A DNA stretch of 64,000 nt. Source: Epithemia pelagica. Lineage: Eukaryota; Protista; Bacillariophyta. The stretch lies in the NCBI GenBank assembly GCA_946965045.2, contig OX337242.1, positions 744,001 to 808,000 of the forward strand. Direction: 5' to 3'. The notes beneath the pieces are model-generated. The model did no database searches, was not told the origin of the DNA, and saw only the letters and a list, made by a program, of their open reading frames with translations. This document shows, in pieces, positions 45,879 to 56,776 of the stretch (the first letter of the stretch is position 1; every line of letters starts with the position of its first letter). Position numbers and translations under genes: made by a program.

Positions 45879-47513
45879 ATGGGCGCACCGCCAATTCTCA
45901 AGCGAGACCTCTCCTCAGAGGTACGAAAAAGCACACCCACTAAAAAGCCGTGTCTCAAAATTGAGGCAACGACCAGAACCACTTGGAAGAACCAACTAGA
46001 ACTCCACCCTTTCGTCTTTTCACCATTTTCATCACCACCAACAACGCCACCACGTACAATGTATGGCTATTCTTCTCCGAGAGACCGCAGCAACGAGTCT
46101 TCCTCAACCGCGCGTCCCATCTTTCATAGTCACAACACTCCAGACTCTCGAACACGATCGCAGGCTCCGACTCCTTCTGCTTGTTTGTCGGGAATGCGAG
46201 AAGAAACTTGGACATGTCAGCATTGTCAAGGACGCAATTTCCATCCCTACAACGGAGTGTGCTGGGAGTGTCATGACCAGCAACACCCACCAACAGCAGC
46301 CAACCTTGTAAATTCTTCTTCGTGGTCTTCCTTGGAACCCAACGAGTTTCGTCACGGACGGCCCGAGCCAAAGTGTATCCTTTCCTCTCGTTCTTTGTCC
46401 ACAACTACAATCGGTAGTCAACCTTGCATGGAACCGGCCCACAGGGCCAATCTCTATGGCTATCAACCATTTCCAGCTCCGAACCAGCACGATGCTACGG
46501 AATATATACAACAAGATCGCGTCATTGCTTCCTCAAAACGTGGTACCGCCAGCCACTGTCCCGACAGGGCGAATCCTTCCATGACATCTGTCACATCTTC
46601 TTCCTTTCTCGGAGAACAACAACGTTCGATGGTGGCTGGAGTATCATTCCAAGAACCGTATACCAAGGCTCGTACCAGCAATAGTGCATCTCGTCCGGTC
46701 CACAAAAAGAGAGGTGTTGGCATCACCAAGCCTCGTGTTCCTCTCAAGACTACCCAGGACAATCAAGCGAAGAAACGTCGTCTCCCTCCTTGTTCTAACG
46801 AGCAGAACCAAGAGCCAACCAAAGCGGACCTCGCGCATGCAGTAGCCTATTTGAACACCAACAACTTGAGTGACACCTATATGGATGGCACTCCAGTGCC
46901 TCCTCAACGACAGTTGTTGGTCCATCCCGATCGATCTCTCTTGACCGACTATTCATATTACATGATGAAACAGCTTCGCCATTGTCACTTTTCCGAGCGC
47001 GACCGAAAAACACGAGGGGGCAAACGACAAGCCGTTCCCATTGGATTTGGCGGGTTGCAATGCGTCCACTGTTGCGCCCGGAATCAAGCCGCGGAACCAC
47101 AGCCGCGCAAATTTTTTTGGGCTCATTCCGATCGGTTGGCCAATAGCTTTTCTGAAATTTCCAGTCACATTTTGAAATGTCGTGCTTGTCCCAAGGCTAC
47201 CAAAGATGCTCTCTCGATCCTCAAGGCCAAGCATCCCGAGCAAATGACACTCCTTCCACGAGGGTCCCTTAAAATTTACTTTCGTCGCATGTGGGAACGC
47301 ATTCAAGACACGCCTGTGGAGAGAGGCCCTGAGACAACGAGGTGTGATCCAGAACCGAGTTTATCCGACAGTTCTGTTCCTCCCAATAGTAGTAACATGG
47401 GACCATCTCTCCTAGAAGACACTGGTGACAACCGCCATGTGGGCTCTGAAGAGGAGGAGGAGGATGGGAAGCAGCCGACGAATGACATGTGTACATCCTG
47501 GTTGTCCTTGTAA
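45879..47513 (+). CDS. Diatom-type putative Zn-binding protein with an N-terminal RanBP2-like zinc finger
   Basis: WTCQHCQGRNFHPYNGVCWEC, plus a C-terminal domain RGGKR...GFGGLQCVHC...RKFFW...DRLANSFSEISSHILKC...LPRGSLKIYFRRMW that I recall from expanded diatom protein families. First ATG at 45879. Confidence 0.7.
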   Translation: MGAPPILKRDLSSEVRKSTPTKKPCLKIEATTRTTWKNQLELHPFVFSPFSSPPTTPPRTMYGYSSPRDRSNESSSTARPIFHSHNTPDSRTRSQAPTPSACLSGMREETWTCQHCQGRNFHPYNGVCWECHDQQHPPTAANLVNSSSWSSLEPNEFRHGRPEPKCILSSRSLSTTTIGSQPCMEPAHRANLYGYQPFPAPNQHDATEYIQQDRVIASSKRGTASHCPDRANPSMTSVTSSSFLGEQQRSMVAGVSFQEPYTKARTSNSASRPVHKKRGVGITKPRVPLKTTQDNQAKKRRLPPCSNEQNQEPTKADLAHAVAYLNTNNLSDTYMDGTPVPPQRQLLVHPDRSLLTDYSYYMMKQLRHCHFSERDRKTRGGKRQAVPIGFGGLQCVHCCARNQAAEPQPRKFFWAHSDRLANSFSEISSHILKCRACPKATKDALSILKAKHPEQMTLLPRGSLKIYFRRMWERIQDTPVERGPETTRCDPEPSLSDSSVPPNSSNMGPSLLEDTGDNRHVGSEEEEEDGKQPTNDMCTSWLSL

Positions 47514-48203
47514 TATCAAGGGAATCAAATAGAGAAGATAGAGTCACCCGAACTCATTCTTCCCGTGGTTGAGCCGATCTACCGTAATTACGGTAGGCAG
47601 ACCCTCCACTTCTTGCGTGCTTTTTGTATCGCATACATAGGTCGTCCTTTCTCCTATTTATAACGTCGAATTTTTACTTTCAACTTTGATTCCATTCGTA
47701 AAATTTCAGCGCCGTGCTTCAATCATCTATGTATGGAACAGCCGTCAATCCTTTCATAGTGAACAGGCCGTCGTACGGAATCATCAGTGTTTGTGCCATG
47801 GTCGTCTCCTTGATTTGGGGGGTGAAAAAATGATCCCGTCCGTCCGTCAGCCGGCTCACCGATGTGTCTGTGGACATGTCTCGTAAGACATTGTATCAGG
47901 TTATGACTCACCGAACTGACGTACCCCGTCGTCGGACCACCTCTCGTCGCGACCACCACATTCTGCTTAGCACTATGATGGGCCAAGAAGATCGACCGCT
48001 TTTTCTACAGCACATCACCGTCCATCAATCCATCAAAAGAACACAGGTCTCTGCGTGTGTTTTGGGTTCGCTGCTGCATTCGAGTGACTGACACCCACCC
48101 ACCCAAAAGCTTTGGACAAGAAGGGGTAACCACAACAAGCCTCTGGTCTTTGAGAGTACTTGCTGCGTTTAAGTATTGAGAATTCATTTTGAATAATAGC
48201 ACG

Positions 48204-48860
48204 ATGATGCGATTTCTTGTTTTGCTCGGACTCTCCAGTCAGATGGCCCTCGGCTTCTCCCCCCTCGCAACAGTCCATTCCATCAGACCATCCTCGGCTT
48301 TGAACGGGGGTGCATCCGGATACGCAACATCGTCTGCTGGAAAGCAAGCCACTGTTGAAAAGGTAAAGGAGATGTTGGACTCTTCTGAAATGATTTTCTC
48401 CATGCCAGCTTCCTCCTTGACCGTGTCAGAAATGGAGAAACTCCGCCTTGCTATTCCAGAACAGACTGCAATTAAAATTGTCAAAAACACCCTCATGAGA
48501 AGAGCTGTGGAGGGAACGGACTTTGCTTGTCTGTCCGAGTCTGAATTGACCAAGGGGGCCAACATGTGGTTCTTCATTGAAGAAGATATTGGAGGCACGT
48601 TGGATGCCGTTAGCGCCTTTTGCAAGGAGAATGGTAAGAAGGAGAGTCATCCTATTTTGGGAGGTGTCTTGGAAGCCAATGTGTATGATCCCAAGGGCGT
48701 AGAAGCCATTGGAAAACTCCCCTCCAAACAAGACTTGTATGCCAAAATTGCTGGATCCATCAAGGCTGTTCCTACCAAGGTTGCTCGTGTCATCCAAGCT
48801 CCCTCCTCGAAACTTGCTCGGGCAATCAAACTCGCCACGGCAGAAGATAAGGAAGAGTAG
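48204..48860 (+). CDS. rplJ: Plastid ribosomal protein L10 (uL10c), nucleus-encoded
   Basis: Signal peptide with ALG-FSP (ASAFAP-like); core KIVKNTLMRRA and LPSKQDLYAKIAG. Confidence 0.9.
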   Translation: MMRFLVLLGLSSQMALGFSPLATVHSIRPSSALNGGASGYATSSAGKQATVEKVKEMLDSSEMIFSMPASSLTVSEMEKLRLAIPEQTAIKIVKNTLMRRAVEGTDFACLSESELTKGANMWFFIEEDIGGTLDAVSAFCKENGKKESHPILGGVLEANVYDPKGVEAIGKLPSKQDLYAKIAGSIKAVPTKVARVIQAPSSKLARAIKLATAEDKEE

Positions 48861-49559
48861 ACATGATTTTTGGGTAATTAATGGATCAAAAACTGTAAAA
48901 ACTGTTACATGAAAATTTAGTTTGTGACGTTTGTTTGCTTGGTACGCCGAAGGGAAATGGTGTACACAAACGTACGATTTTGTCGATAACTAGGACTTGG
49001 AGTACCTACAGCCTTTATTCGGTGAACATTCCTCCTTGTCTATTATTCTTGAGTCAACCAAGACTTAGTCGGTACCTTGTGGCCTTTTTTGCTAATCATC
49101 CAATTTAGCAATTTACATGCAAACGTGAGGTTTTTAACGATCCACCACACTGAGCCATTGAGCGTCTGAATTGCATTGGATTCCAGACGATGCGGATCGA
49201 GCTCTATTGGACTGAAACCAACTCCTTCTCGACCATACGCTGGAAAAGGCTGACCGTCGCGACAGAGTACTGCTCTTGATTTTTGCTGTTTTCCAGCCAA
49301 GACCTTATTGCGCAAGCAAGCAGTGAACAAGACTGGGGAAGCAAGGTGGCTTTTAATTCCGGAAGATAGCCAAATAATTGCTGATGTGGATTCATTGATG
49401 GCATCCTGTCTCATGCCTCCGCATGTCCTCTTTACTAGGAATTTTCCTGATCTTGAAAGTATGCAGAGGTTGTGCAGAGCTACTAGAAGGAATTATTAAT
49501 GTCTTCGAGTGCCGAAGTCGTTGCTACTTAGCCGAGTAAATCGACTAGTTATGCCCCGA

Positions 49560-50124
49560 TCGTTTCTTATCTCATGGTTATGGAGTCTCCGAGTACATAA
49601 CCAATATCCACGGAGCAAGTAGATTAAAGAATCCAATGGGGTCAATTGTGAAAAAAATTACCCTGTCGCATGTCGGGAGTGTCGTGGAATGGCATGTCTC
49701 AGTTCTTGAGCACACACATTGACAAGAGTGTTCCAGTCTATGCATTACCAATCTAGATTCAAAAATCGTGTCAAAAGAGATTGTCCTGACAAGTATTCCT
49801 GCAGCCTTCCCTTCATCAATGCCACCCTGCACTGGCTTCAGCCCTGAGCCTGCCAGCCTGCCTGGCCTAGGCCTGTGCAGCTGCAGGGATAACAAGTGCC
49901 CCTGCCAAGGCATCTTTGGCTGCCTGAGAGAGCTCCTGCGAGTGTGCCAGCTGGTTGGTGCCCTGTTTGGTCGGCGATGATGATGTTGCTTGGGAGGGCG
50001 TTGCAGGCAATGGCACTGGCACAGTCACTCTTGGAATTCCTTGATCGATTTGGTTATCGGTAGGAACTGAGCTTGTGTGTTCAGAGTTGGTATCGATTGA
50101 CAAGCCGGACGGCGTCATTGTCAT
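49560..50124 (-). pseudogene. CpG-decayed ORF relic (probable old TE)
   Basis: The frame of ORF 49867..50124 continues past TGA/TAG stops. No CpG in GC-rich 49769-49938. Reverting TG to CG restores an Arg-rich read (RRRREGRRNTRQDNLFRHDFRI). Confidence 0.5.
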
Positions 50125-50949
50125 TGTCGGCAGGAGTTTCCTGACTTGGAATTCGGAACCACAAAAGATCGAGTCGGCTTCGGTAGGTGAATATCAGATT
50201 GGATAAACAGCAAAGAGTGTGGATGTTAGTTTAGGTTCTTTTCTATCCTAGGACTAGGAGTGTTCTACTTCCCGCTCGCTAATGCGCAGGCTGGCGTGTC
50301 TTCGGACGGACTAATCTGCTTCCACTCGCACTCGGTCGCCGATATAGAAACTATCAAGATTACGATTGAGTATTGAGTGTGATCCATGTTCATCAGGGTT
50401 GTGAAGTACGCACACTCACACCTTGTACTTGACTACTAGTCCTTAAGTACACTAAAACTAGTAGCTGTTACTTTACTCTTAGTACTTTAAGTACGTCTAA
50501 TGAAAGCATGTACTTTTCTTGTGATACTTACAAGATTAGTCGTCTGTGCTGATTAATTAACGTACTTAACTTAAGATAAGTAAGTACAACAATCTAACCA
50601 GACTTACTTTACTTAGCAAAAGTATCTGTTGCCGATACTGTGCTGGTACTTTAATATCAACAAGTACCACATCATGAGAGTTTCCCTCGCCTTACTTACT
50701 CCAAGTAAGTACCTTACTGTCTAACCCAAAGTACTTAATTTATAACTTTAAGTACGTACTTTCAAGTAATCAAAGTACCTACTTCACGCATCAATTTATC
50801 ACTTACCTGTTACAGTCTGTTACATACTACTGCTCTCCAAGCTCCAAGGTACAAGTGCAGCGTTCAGTGCAGTGCATAGTGCATCCTGTGTTCCTTGCCC
50901 AATTCCAATCCCATTTTCCAATCCAAGTAATGAGACATCCCCATTCACC

Positions 50950-52677
50950 ATGTCGATGGATTCTCTCATAGAGGACAATTCTCTTCTGCAATTCACATCA
51001 ACCTGTCACATCGAGTGGTCTCTGTCATGCTGTGACTCATATTCTCTTTTCATTGCGGACAGTATTACTTCATGCATTCTGGCTCCGCACGAGGAACAAT
51101 TACATGCGGTTGTTACTGCCTCTGCCTCCTGGCTGAACCGTAATCAGCATTCGATAAAACTTCATACTCTCTCTGAATGTCAAGCAAGTCACCATTGTAT
51201 TATACCCAGATTTTCTTTCGAACAACTCCTTTTTCAAGTTAGCTCCCTTATTCTCCAATGGCTCAATGGAACAGACGAACACAACCTTATTTCCATCACA
51301 TCACATGACGAAACAACCGATCTTTATCTTGAAGTAAAATGCACACCGAAGTTCTCAATCTCCCCATGTATGGGTTGTTCCCAGTGCACCTCCTTTGTCA
51401 TTGACGAAATCAAGGAATATCCCGACGACTCTTTGCTGAGTATTGTTCTTGCATGGATACAGCGCAATCAAGCCCAATTCGTTGTCACTGATACCCTAAC
51501 AGGTGTCTCCACTGTTCCCAACTCAATTGAAACGGTAATGGAAATTTTACTGAATTATATCTCGGAAAAGATAACTCAATTACCGACTCCACCAGACCCC
51601 CTAAGCACACCACCCGTGTCCATCCAAGATGTATCCAAAAAAGCCTCTGACGATTCCACCACATCCTCATTATCTCAATCCACGAACTCTGTGCAGAATA
51701 CGAAAACATCTTCTCCTAAAAAGCTCAGTCCATCCTGCCACAAGTACCAAACTCGGAAACAGAATGCTTTACTTTCGAGAGAAATCATTCTTGGGTCAAA
51801 ATCTCGCAACAAAGTACAATACAATGATGGGAAAGGACCACGTCGGTTCATGCATGGCGACCCATTCAAAATATCCCCAAGTCGCATTACATGCCCGAAT
51901 TTACCACTCCGGCCATCCGCAACAACTATCGCAGATCAAGAAGCTTTCCTTGACGAACTACAAGCCTTCCACAACGTGCTTAAAAGTTCTGGACTCCATT
52001 CTCCTCGTGATGCCTGGGAAGAATGGATGGACATGGTGGCAGGTGATGACAAACTAGCGGACAAGGCCTTCATGTGTCTCATAATCATTCTTATGAGCTC
52101 GAGTACAACAGACAGTCAATTAGCGGCATTCATTCCCAAAATATTCTCTGCCGGTGTTACCTCCGCTGATGGTGTTCTCGAAGTGGTAGATCGCATTGGA
52201 ATTGACCCCTTTTGTGCACTAATTTCTCCAGTTGGCCGTTTCCATCAAAATGCCGAAAGGATTGTCCATTCGGCATCGTACTTTGTCACCAGACATAACG
52301 GCAGAATCCCCAAGGACATATCCATACGAGAGTTGACCTCCTTGTTTGGAATTGGATACAAGACAGCACAAATTGTTGTATCCACTGCATTTGACCGAAT
52401 AGATGGCGTCCCATCTGACGTCCATGTTATGCGTTGGTGCGAGGCACTGAAATGGACACCGCCACTTTCAAACGACGGTCTACTCTGTTCGAAGTGCATA
52501 GAACAATGGCTGCCTCCATCAAAATGGGGAATAATCAATCCCCTGTTTGGTGGAATTGGTCAGCTGATACAAAATCCGGAAAAACGTCCGCAATTGCTAG
52601 CATTATTGGACGAGAACGGCTCTGACATGCTACAATCTACGATTCGCCTTATTCTGAAAGCTTACGGTAAATACTAA
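50950..52677 (+). CDS. Endonuclease III (Nth)-like HhH-GPD DNA glycosylase with a long unknown N-terminal region
   Basis: LIIILMSSSTTD, HNGRIP, HhH LTSLFGIGYKTAQIV (catalytic Lys), GVPSDVHVMR (catalytic Asp) and IEQWLPPSKWGIINPLFGGIGQ. No C-terminal 4Fe-4S Cys motif. First ATG at 50950. Confidence 0.88.
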   Translation: MSMDSLIEDNSLLQFTSTCHIEWSLSCCDSYSLFIADSITSCILAPHEEQLHAVVTASASWLNRNQHSIKLHTLSECQASHHCIIPRFSFEQLLFQVSSLILQWLNGTDEHNLISITSHDETTDLYLEVKCTPKFSISPCMGCSQCTSFVIDEIKEYPDDSLLSIVLAWIQRNQAQFVVTDTLTGVSTVPNSIETVMEILLNYISEKITQLPTPPDPLSTPPVSIQDVSKKASDDSTTSSLSQSTNSVQNTKTSSPKKLSPSCHKYQTRKQNALLSREIILGSKSRNKVQYNDGKGPRRFMHGDPFKISPSRITCPNLPLRPSATTIADQEAFLDELQAFHNVLKSSGLHSPRDAWEEWMDMVAGDDKLADKAFMCLIIILMSSSTTDSQLAAFIPKIFSAGVTSADGVLEVVDRIGIDPFCALISPVGRFHQNAERIVHSASYFVTRHNGRIPKDISIRELTSLFGIGYKTAQIVVSTAFDRIDGVPSDVHVMRWCEALKWTPPLSNDGLLCSKCIEQWLPPSKWGIINPLFGGIGQLIQNPEKRPQLLALLDENGSDMLQSTIRLILKAYGKY

Positions 52678-52723
52678 GTTGGTTGAATGTTCATTAAAAT
52701 ACTACTTTAGTTCTTCACTGGTG

Positions 52724-55700
52724 TCAATGGTTTTCCTCGTCGTCTTCATTGGTCTCCTCATCGTCCTCATTGGAGTCGTCGTCTCCCACCTCCTCTTCTT
52801 CTGCCTCCTCATTGGCATCCTGGAACTCCTCTTCTTCCTCTTCATCCTCATTCTCATCATGCTCTGAATTTTCATCTTTATCGTTATCTGACAAGGCATC
52901 AAGCAATCTACGAGAGAAGTTGCTCTCTTTTTCCATATTGTCCGATTGTTCATCGCTCCGACCTGATTGAGTCGATCGTTGTTTGTTCTCTTTCTTCTTC
53001 TTCTGTCTAGGAGACCGCCTCAATTCTTCGCTTCCTGATGACCTTTTTCTCGGTGGTGGTGGATTTGTCTTCTTTGTCGTTGACTTGGAACTGGATGTTG
53101 TTCTAATTTTGGACTGCTTGGCCTTCTTCTGACTCGAAGTTGTTGGTGTTTGGTTAGCCTTCCTCTTCTTCTTTGACCCAGATTCAGATCCTGCCGTATC
53201 GTCCTTTTTTTGGCTCATCGCTTTTCTCTTTCGTTCCTCGACTGCTTGTTTCCTTGATCTTTCTAGTGATTCAAGACGGTCCATTTCTTCCTGTAGATGA
53301 ACTGTGATGGCTTCATCTGTGTCGATGTCTTCTTCGACATCACTTTCCTCATTGTGATCACTGACATCAGACAAGTCCAATGATACTGGCTGTATGTCGT
53401 CTGCTGGCATCGGTACTGCGTCGTCGTTGTTGTCGTCTCCCAAGTCTGGATAGTACTCGTATACAGGTTCCGGTGTGCTACTTGCGAGAATATCGGTCGG
53501 CGGATTTTTCTTTGCGTTGAAATCTTCCAATTCTTTAGTCGCTTCCTTCAACAACATGTTCCTCAGATATTCTGCCTGCTCTGTGTTCTCGAACAAGTGT
53601 GGAGCCCGCTTCTTGCCAGGACCCGAGTGTGCTTCTGCCCCAACTTCTGTCAACTGCGGACTTGTTGTATCTGGATTGTGTTCATCCGCTACCGTAGGTG
53701 CTTCATTCGCTGTTGTGTTTGTACCTGTGGCATCTTGCCTTGTTGTTGCTTGGTTGTCTCCCCCCTCTCGCGAGTCGTTTCCGATCGTTACATTCGTAGT
53801 ATTGCCATTGTTCTCGTCGTCTTTGTCGTCCTCAATGACAATCACATCTTGTTCCTTATTTTGATTTTCTAAGGCAATCTCCCTTTGAACAATATCCAAT
53901 CGGATTTTTCGTGTCAGCTTCTCCATCGCCCTCATCTCGAAGTTCTTGGCGGTAGTTTTGGTCTGCAACTTGTTTTGTTGAAACCACGAACCAAGGGAAA
54001 ACACACGCTCTTGGAAGGCGTTTGTGGCGGGCTTCGTGAGCCATATGACAGCTGTTGGGAAGACATGTTGGTAGTTGTCCTTGTTTTTCTCCCACCATCC
54101 CATGACGTCGAAATACTTTCCCACAACAAGGAAATCAGTATCTTGGCATGCCGCAATGAACTGGGCTTTTTCCGGCCCTTTCCATTTCTTGGACTCGGTA
54201 GTGTATGCCTCAGTAGGGTATTTAGTGATCGCCTCTTGCCATCGACCATCGATTTCTCTTTTACATGCACGACGGAAATCTCGGAGACTATCTTCGCATG
54301 TTTGTCTCAAGACCTTGGCCACACGGGCTTCTTCCTCAGCAGCAGACGCCTTACCAGTAATGTTCAATAATGCTCTCTCGTTCAGTTCCTGAGATTCTCG
54401 AAAGTTGCGGAAAGCATTGAACTTTTTGAACGGTACATTTGCAGTTGGAAGAGAGTTGGTCGCTTGGGTCGTATTGCTTTGGGTTGCAGGAGTGCTGCTC
54501 TGTTGTTGTGTTGCCATCAACGAACCAATTCTGGAGTACGACTTGTTCGAGAATTTTTTGATCATGTCCCTGAGAAAAAGTTCCTTCACACGGGCGCCAT
54601 CGTTCTGATCATACACTCCCAATGATTGGAAGAACTTAACAAAGATGTTCGTCATCAATGGATGGGCCATAAGAGCCTTTTCGGAGTCATCATTGATGGA
54701 ACCACCATCGTCGCGGACTCTACGCCGTTCCGCCAACAAGGTCTTGAACTCAGCAATGATACGTCGAATAAGAGTCCGTGGACCTGCTTTCAACTCCCCA
54801 AAAGACATGGGATCCCGTTGGCGATCTAATTGGGAAATGGTTATGTCTCCATTCCATCGTTTGTTGACTGGTGTTGTAAGTTTCACTGGAAGACAACCAA
54901 TGGAATTGACTGTATTCTTCATTCGATGAGCATAAGACCGGGCGAGATAAATTTGCATTAGGGCAGCGGAAGAGGATCCTGGTTCGTCGGACTGAATGGA
55001 GATGGAAACCTCCTGTAGTACGACCAAGATTGCCTCGTATTGGGCCAGTGTTTCCCATTGTTCCTGCTGTGGATAACTCTCTTTGAAGTCAGGGTCGGTC
55101 CCAAAGTGACGTGAGGCGTAGTCGTCAAAGCACCATTTGTTCCTCAACAAATACTGGATGGTAAGCACACATCCAGAAACACGTGTTTCATTAGGTAGCG
55201 GAATCTGGACTACGCTTTGGTTCATACGTTCCATTTCTGTGCGAACAGTATCAAACCGGTGGTTTGCCTTCTTGGACATCAACCACGCTGCAAATTTTTT
55301 GAATTCTGAGTACAGCTCCACAAAAGCCTTGTTGTCGTCCACCACTCTCTTATCTCTCGTCCGGACAACCAACCCTGTGGCGTGTTTCAAGACCAATTCG
55401 GCCTTATGCATGTCGCATTTGCCCACATTGGACGAACGCGTTATATATTTCCCTGCAAGCACAGCCGAAGCCGTGTTATCGTTGACGGACGAGCAGAGAT
55501 CACTTTTGTGAAAGCCCACTGTCTGTAGTAAAGAGTGAGTCAGTCGCGCAACTTGTACAGCAGTGTGACCTTTAGTCTGTGCCAAACCAATTGGGATGCG
55601 ATACACGGCACAATTGCGAGGATCACAGAACATGACAGTGACCCCAAGTACATCGTACTTCTTAGCCTGCCACACATCATGGCATACAGTGGCGAAAGGG

Positions 55701-56776
55701 ATTTCCTGTCGGCAAACCTTTTTGTAGTGTTGCCGGACACGATAGGAAAGCTTGGACACTGTTCTGATGAAATCTTGATACGAAGCAACACGCATGGATG
55801 TTATTTCGCGACGACTGATCACCTCAGGCCTGGATTCACGAAGAAGATTCGCATTTTTGATAGCAAAGTCGATCATCTTGCGGAACTCTGGCTTCTCCAC
55901 AATAGAAGCGGGTAGGCAACAGTCGTTGACGCACTGGTATATGTGTTGCTGCATTTGTTGTCGAATGTTTCTCTTCGTGATCATTCCAGATCCATCGCCA
56001 CGATACATCGTCATTGTCGTTTGCGTCGGACTAGGTTGTTCTGGTTCGTTCGGATCGTCCTTTGTTCCTGGGATGACGAAGTCTTTGTGCTTTCCGTCAG
56101 TATGCTGTTTGATATTGGAGGGCTTGCCGGTCAGCATGACAACTGCATTAGACAATGGAGTCTCGGGGTCCTTCATACACAACGGGCATAGAACACATCG
56201 CTTGGCAATGAAGGAAAACGGAGTTTTGTAGTCGGCCTTGTTAGGAAACTTCTTTGCTGCTGAGGCTTGTTCTTTTTGGGCAGCCTTGAAAGCTTCGTTG
56301 ATGCGTTGGAAACCTTTATACATGGTCAAATTCTGTGGATCGTGAGAACTCACAAAGGCCGAGAACTGTACCCAGTCAATGTGGACAGCAAATTTCCAAA
56401 GGGGCGACACGTTGTGATGTCCAAAGTGGTCGGAAGGTAGCTCTTGACATTTGGGAACAATCTCCTTTTCTTGTAGGATGAACGACCGGAGAGACTTCTG
56501 TTGTGCAGCAATTACTTTCTCCGATTTCTTTCTCTCAGCATCACGGTCAGCTTTCTTTTTCTTTTGACGGATGGGCATGATGATATAATGATTGAAGGAA
56601 GCACTGATGGACAAGAGAGACTTGTTGCTGTTGTTGTAGATTATGAGAGGACAACAAGTTACAAGGGACCGAGAGGCAACAACATTCATCCATGTTGGCA
56701 TGAGACATGGATTGAAAGATATAGGTGCAAGCGATTTTGGAGATGAATGAGAGAGTGGAGAGGCTACTTGCTCCAT
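52724..56776 (-). CDS. hAT transposase (1350 aa)
   Basis: BED-like CVLCPLC...IKQHTDGKH, ATVCHDVW (D), SVNDNTAS (D), CDMH (CxxH), NETRV and dimerisation domain WWEKNK...VFPTAVIWLTKPATNAFQERVFS (E). Acidic/basic tail. Confidence 0.93.
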   Translation of the reverse strand: MEQVASPLSHSSPKSLAPISFNPCLMPTWMNVVASRSLVTCCPLIIYNNSNKSLLSISASFNHYIIMPIRQKKKKADRDAERKKSEKVIAAQQKSLRSFILQEKEIVPKCQELPSDHFGHHNVSPLWKFAVHIDWVQFSAFVSSHDPQNLTMYKGFQRINEAFKAAQKEQASAAKKFPNKADYKTPFSFIAKRCVLCPLCMKDPETPLSNAVVMLTGKPSNIKQHTDGKHKDFVIPGTKDDPNEPEQPSPTQTTMTMYRGDGSGMITKRNIRQQMQQHIYQCVNDCCLPASIVEKPEFRKMIDFAIKNANLLRESRPEVISRREITSMRVASYQDFIRTVSKLSYRVRQHYKKVCRQEIPFATVCHDVWQAKKYDVLGVTVMFCDPRNCAVYRIPIGLAQTKGHTAVQVARLTHSLLQTVGFHKSDLCSSVNDNTASAVLAGKYITRSSNVGKCDMHKAELVLKHATGLVVRTRDKRVVDDNKAFVELYSEFKKFAAWLMSKKANHRFDTVRTEMERMNQSVVQIPLPNETRVSGCVLTIQYLLRNKWCFDDYASRHFGTDPDFKESYPQQEQWETLAQYEAILVVLQEVSISIQSDEPGSSSAALMQIYLARSYAHRMKNTVNSIGCLPVKLTTPVNKRWNGDITISQLDRQRDPMSFGELKAGPRTLIRRIIAEFKTLLAERRRVRDDGGSINDDSEKALMAHPLMTNIFVKFFQSLGVYDQNDGARVKELFLRDMIKKFSNKSYSRIGSLMATQQQSSTPATQSNTTQATNSLPTANVPFKKFNAFRNFRESQELNERALLNITGKASAAEEEARVAKVLRQTCEDSLRDFRRACKREIDGRWQEAITKYPTEAYTTESKKWKGPEKAQFIAACQDTDFLVVGKYFDVMGWWEKNKDNYQHVFPTAVIWLTKPATNAFQERVFSLGSWFQQNKLQTKTTAKNFEMRAMEKLTRKIRLDIVQREIALENQNKEQDVIVIEDDKDDENNGNTTNVTIGNDSREGGDNQATTRQDATGTNTTANEAPTVADEHNPDTTSPQLTEVGAEAHSGPGKKRAPHLFENTEQAEYLRNMLLKEATKELEDFNAKKNPPTDILASSTPEPVYEYYPDLGDDNNDDAVPMPADDIQPVSLDLSDVSDHNEESDVEEDIDTDEAITVHLQEEMDRLESLERSRKQAVEERKRKAMSQKKDDTAGSESGSKKKRKANQTPTTSSQKKAKQSKIRTTSSSKSTTKKTNPPPPRKRSSGSEELRRSPRQKKKKENKQRSTQSGRSDEQSDNMEKESNFSRRLLDALSDNDKDENSEHDENEDEEEEEEFQDANEEAEEEEVGDDDSNEDDEETNEDDEENH

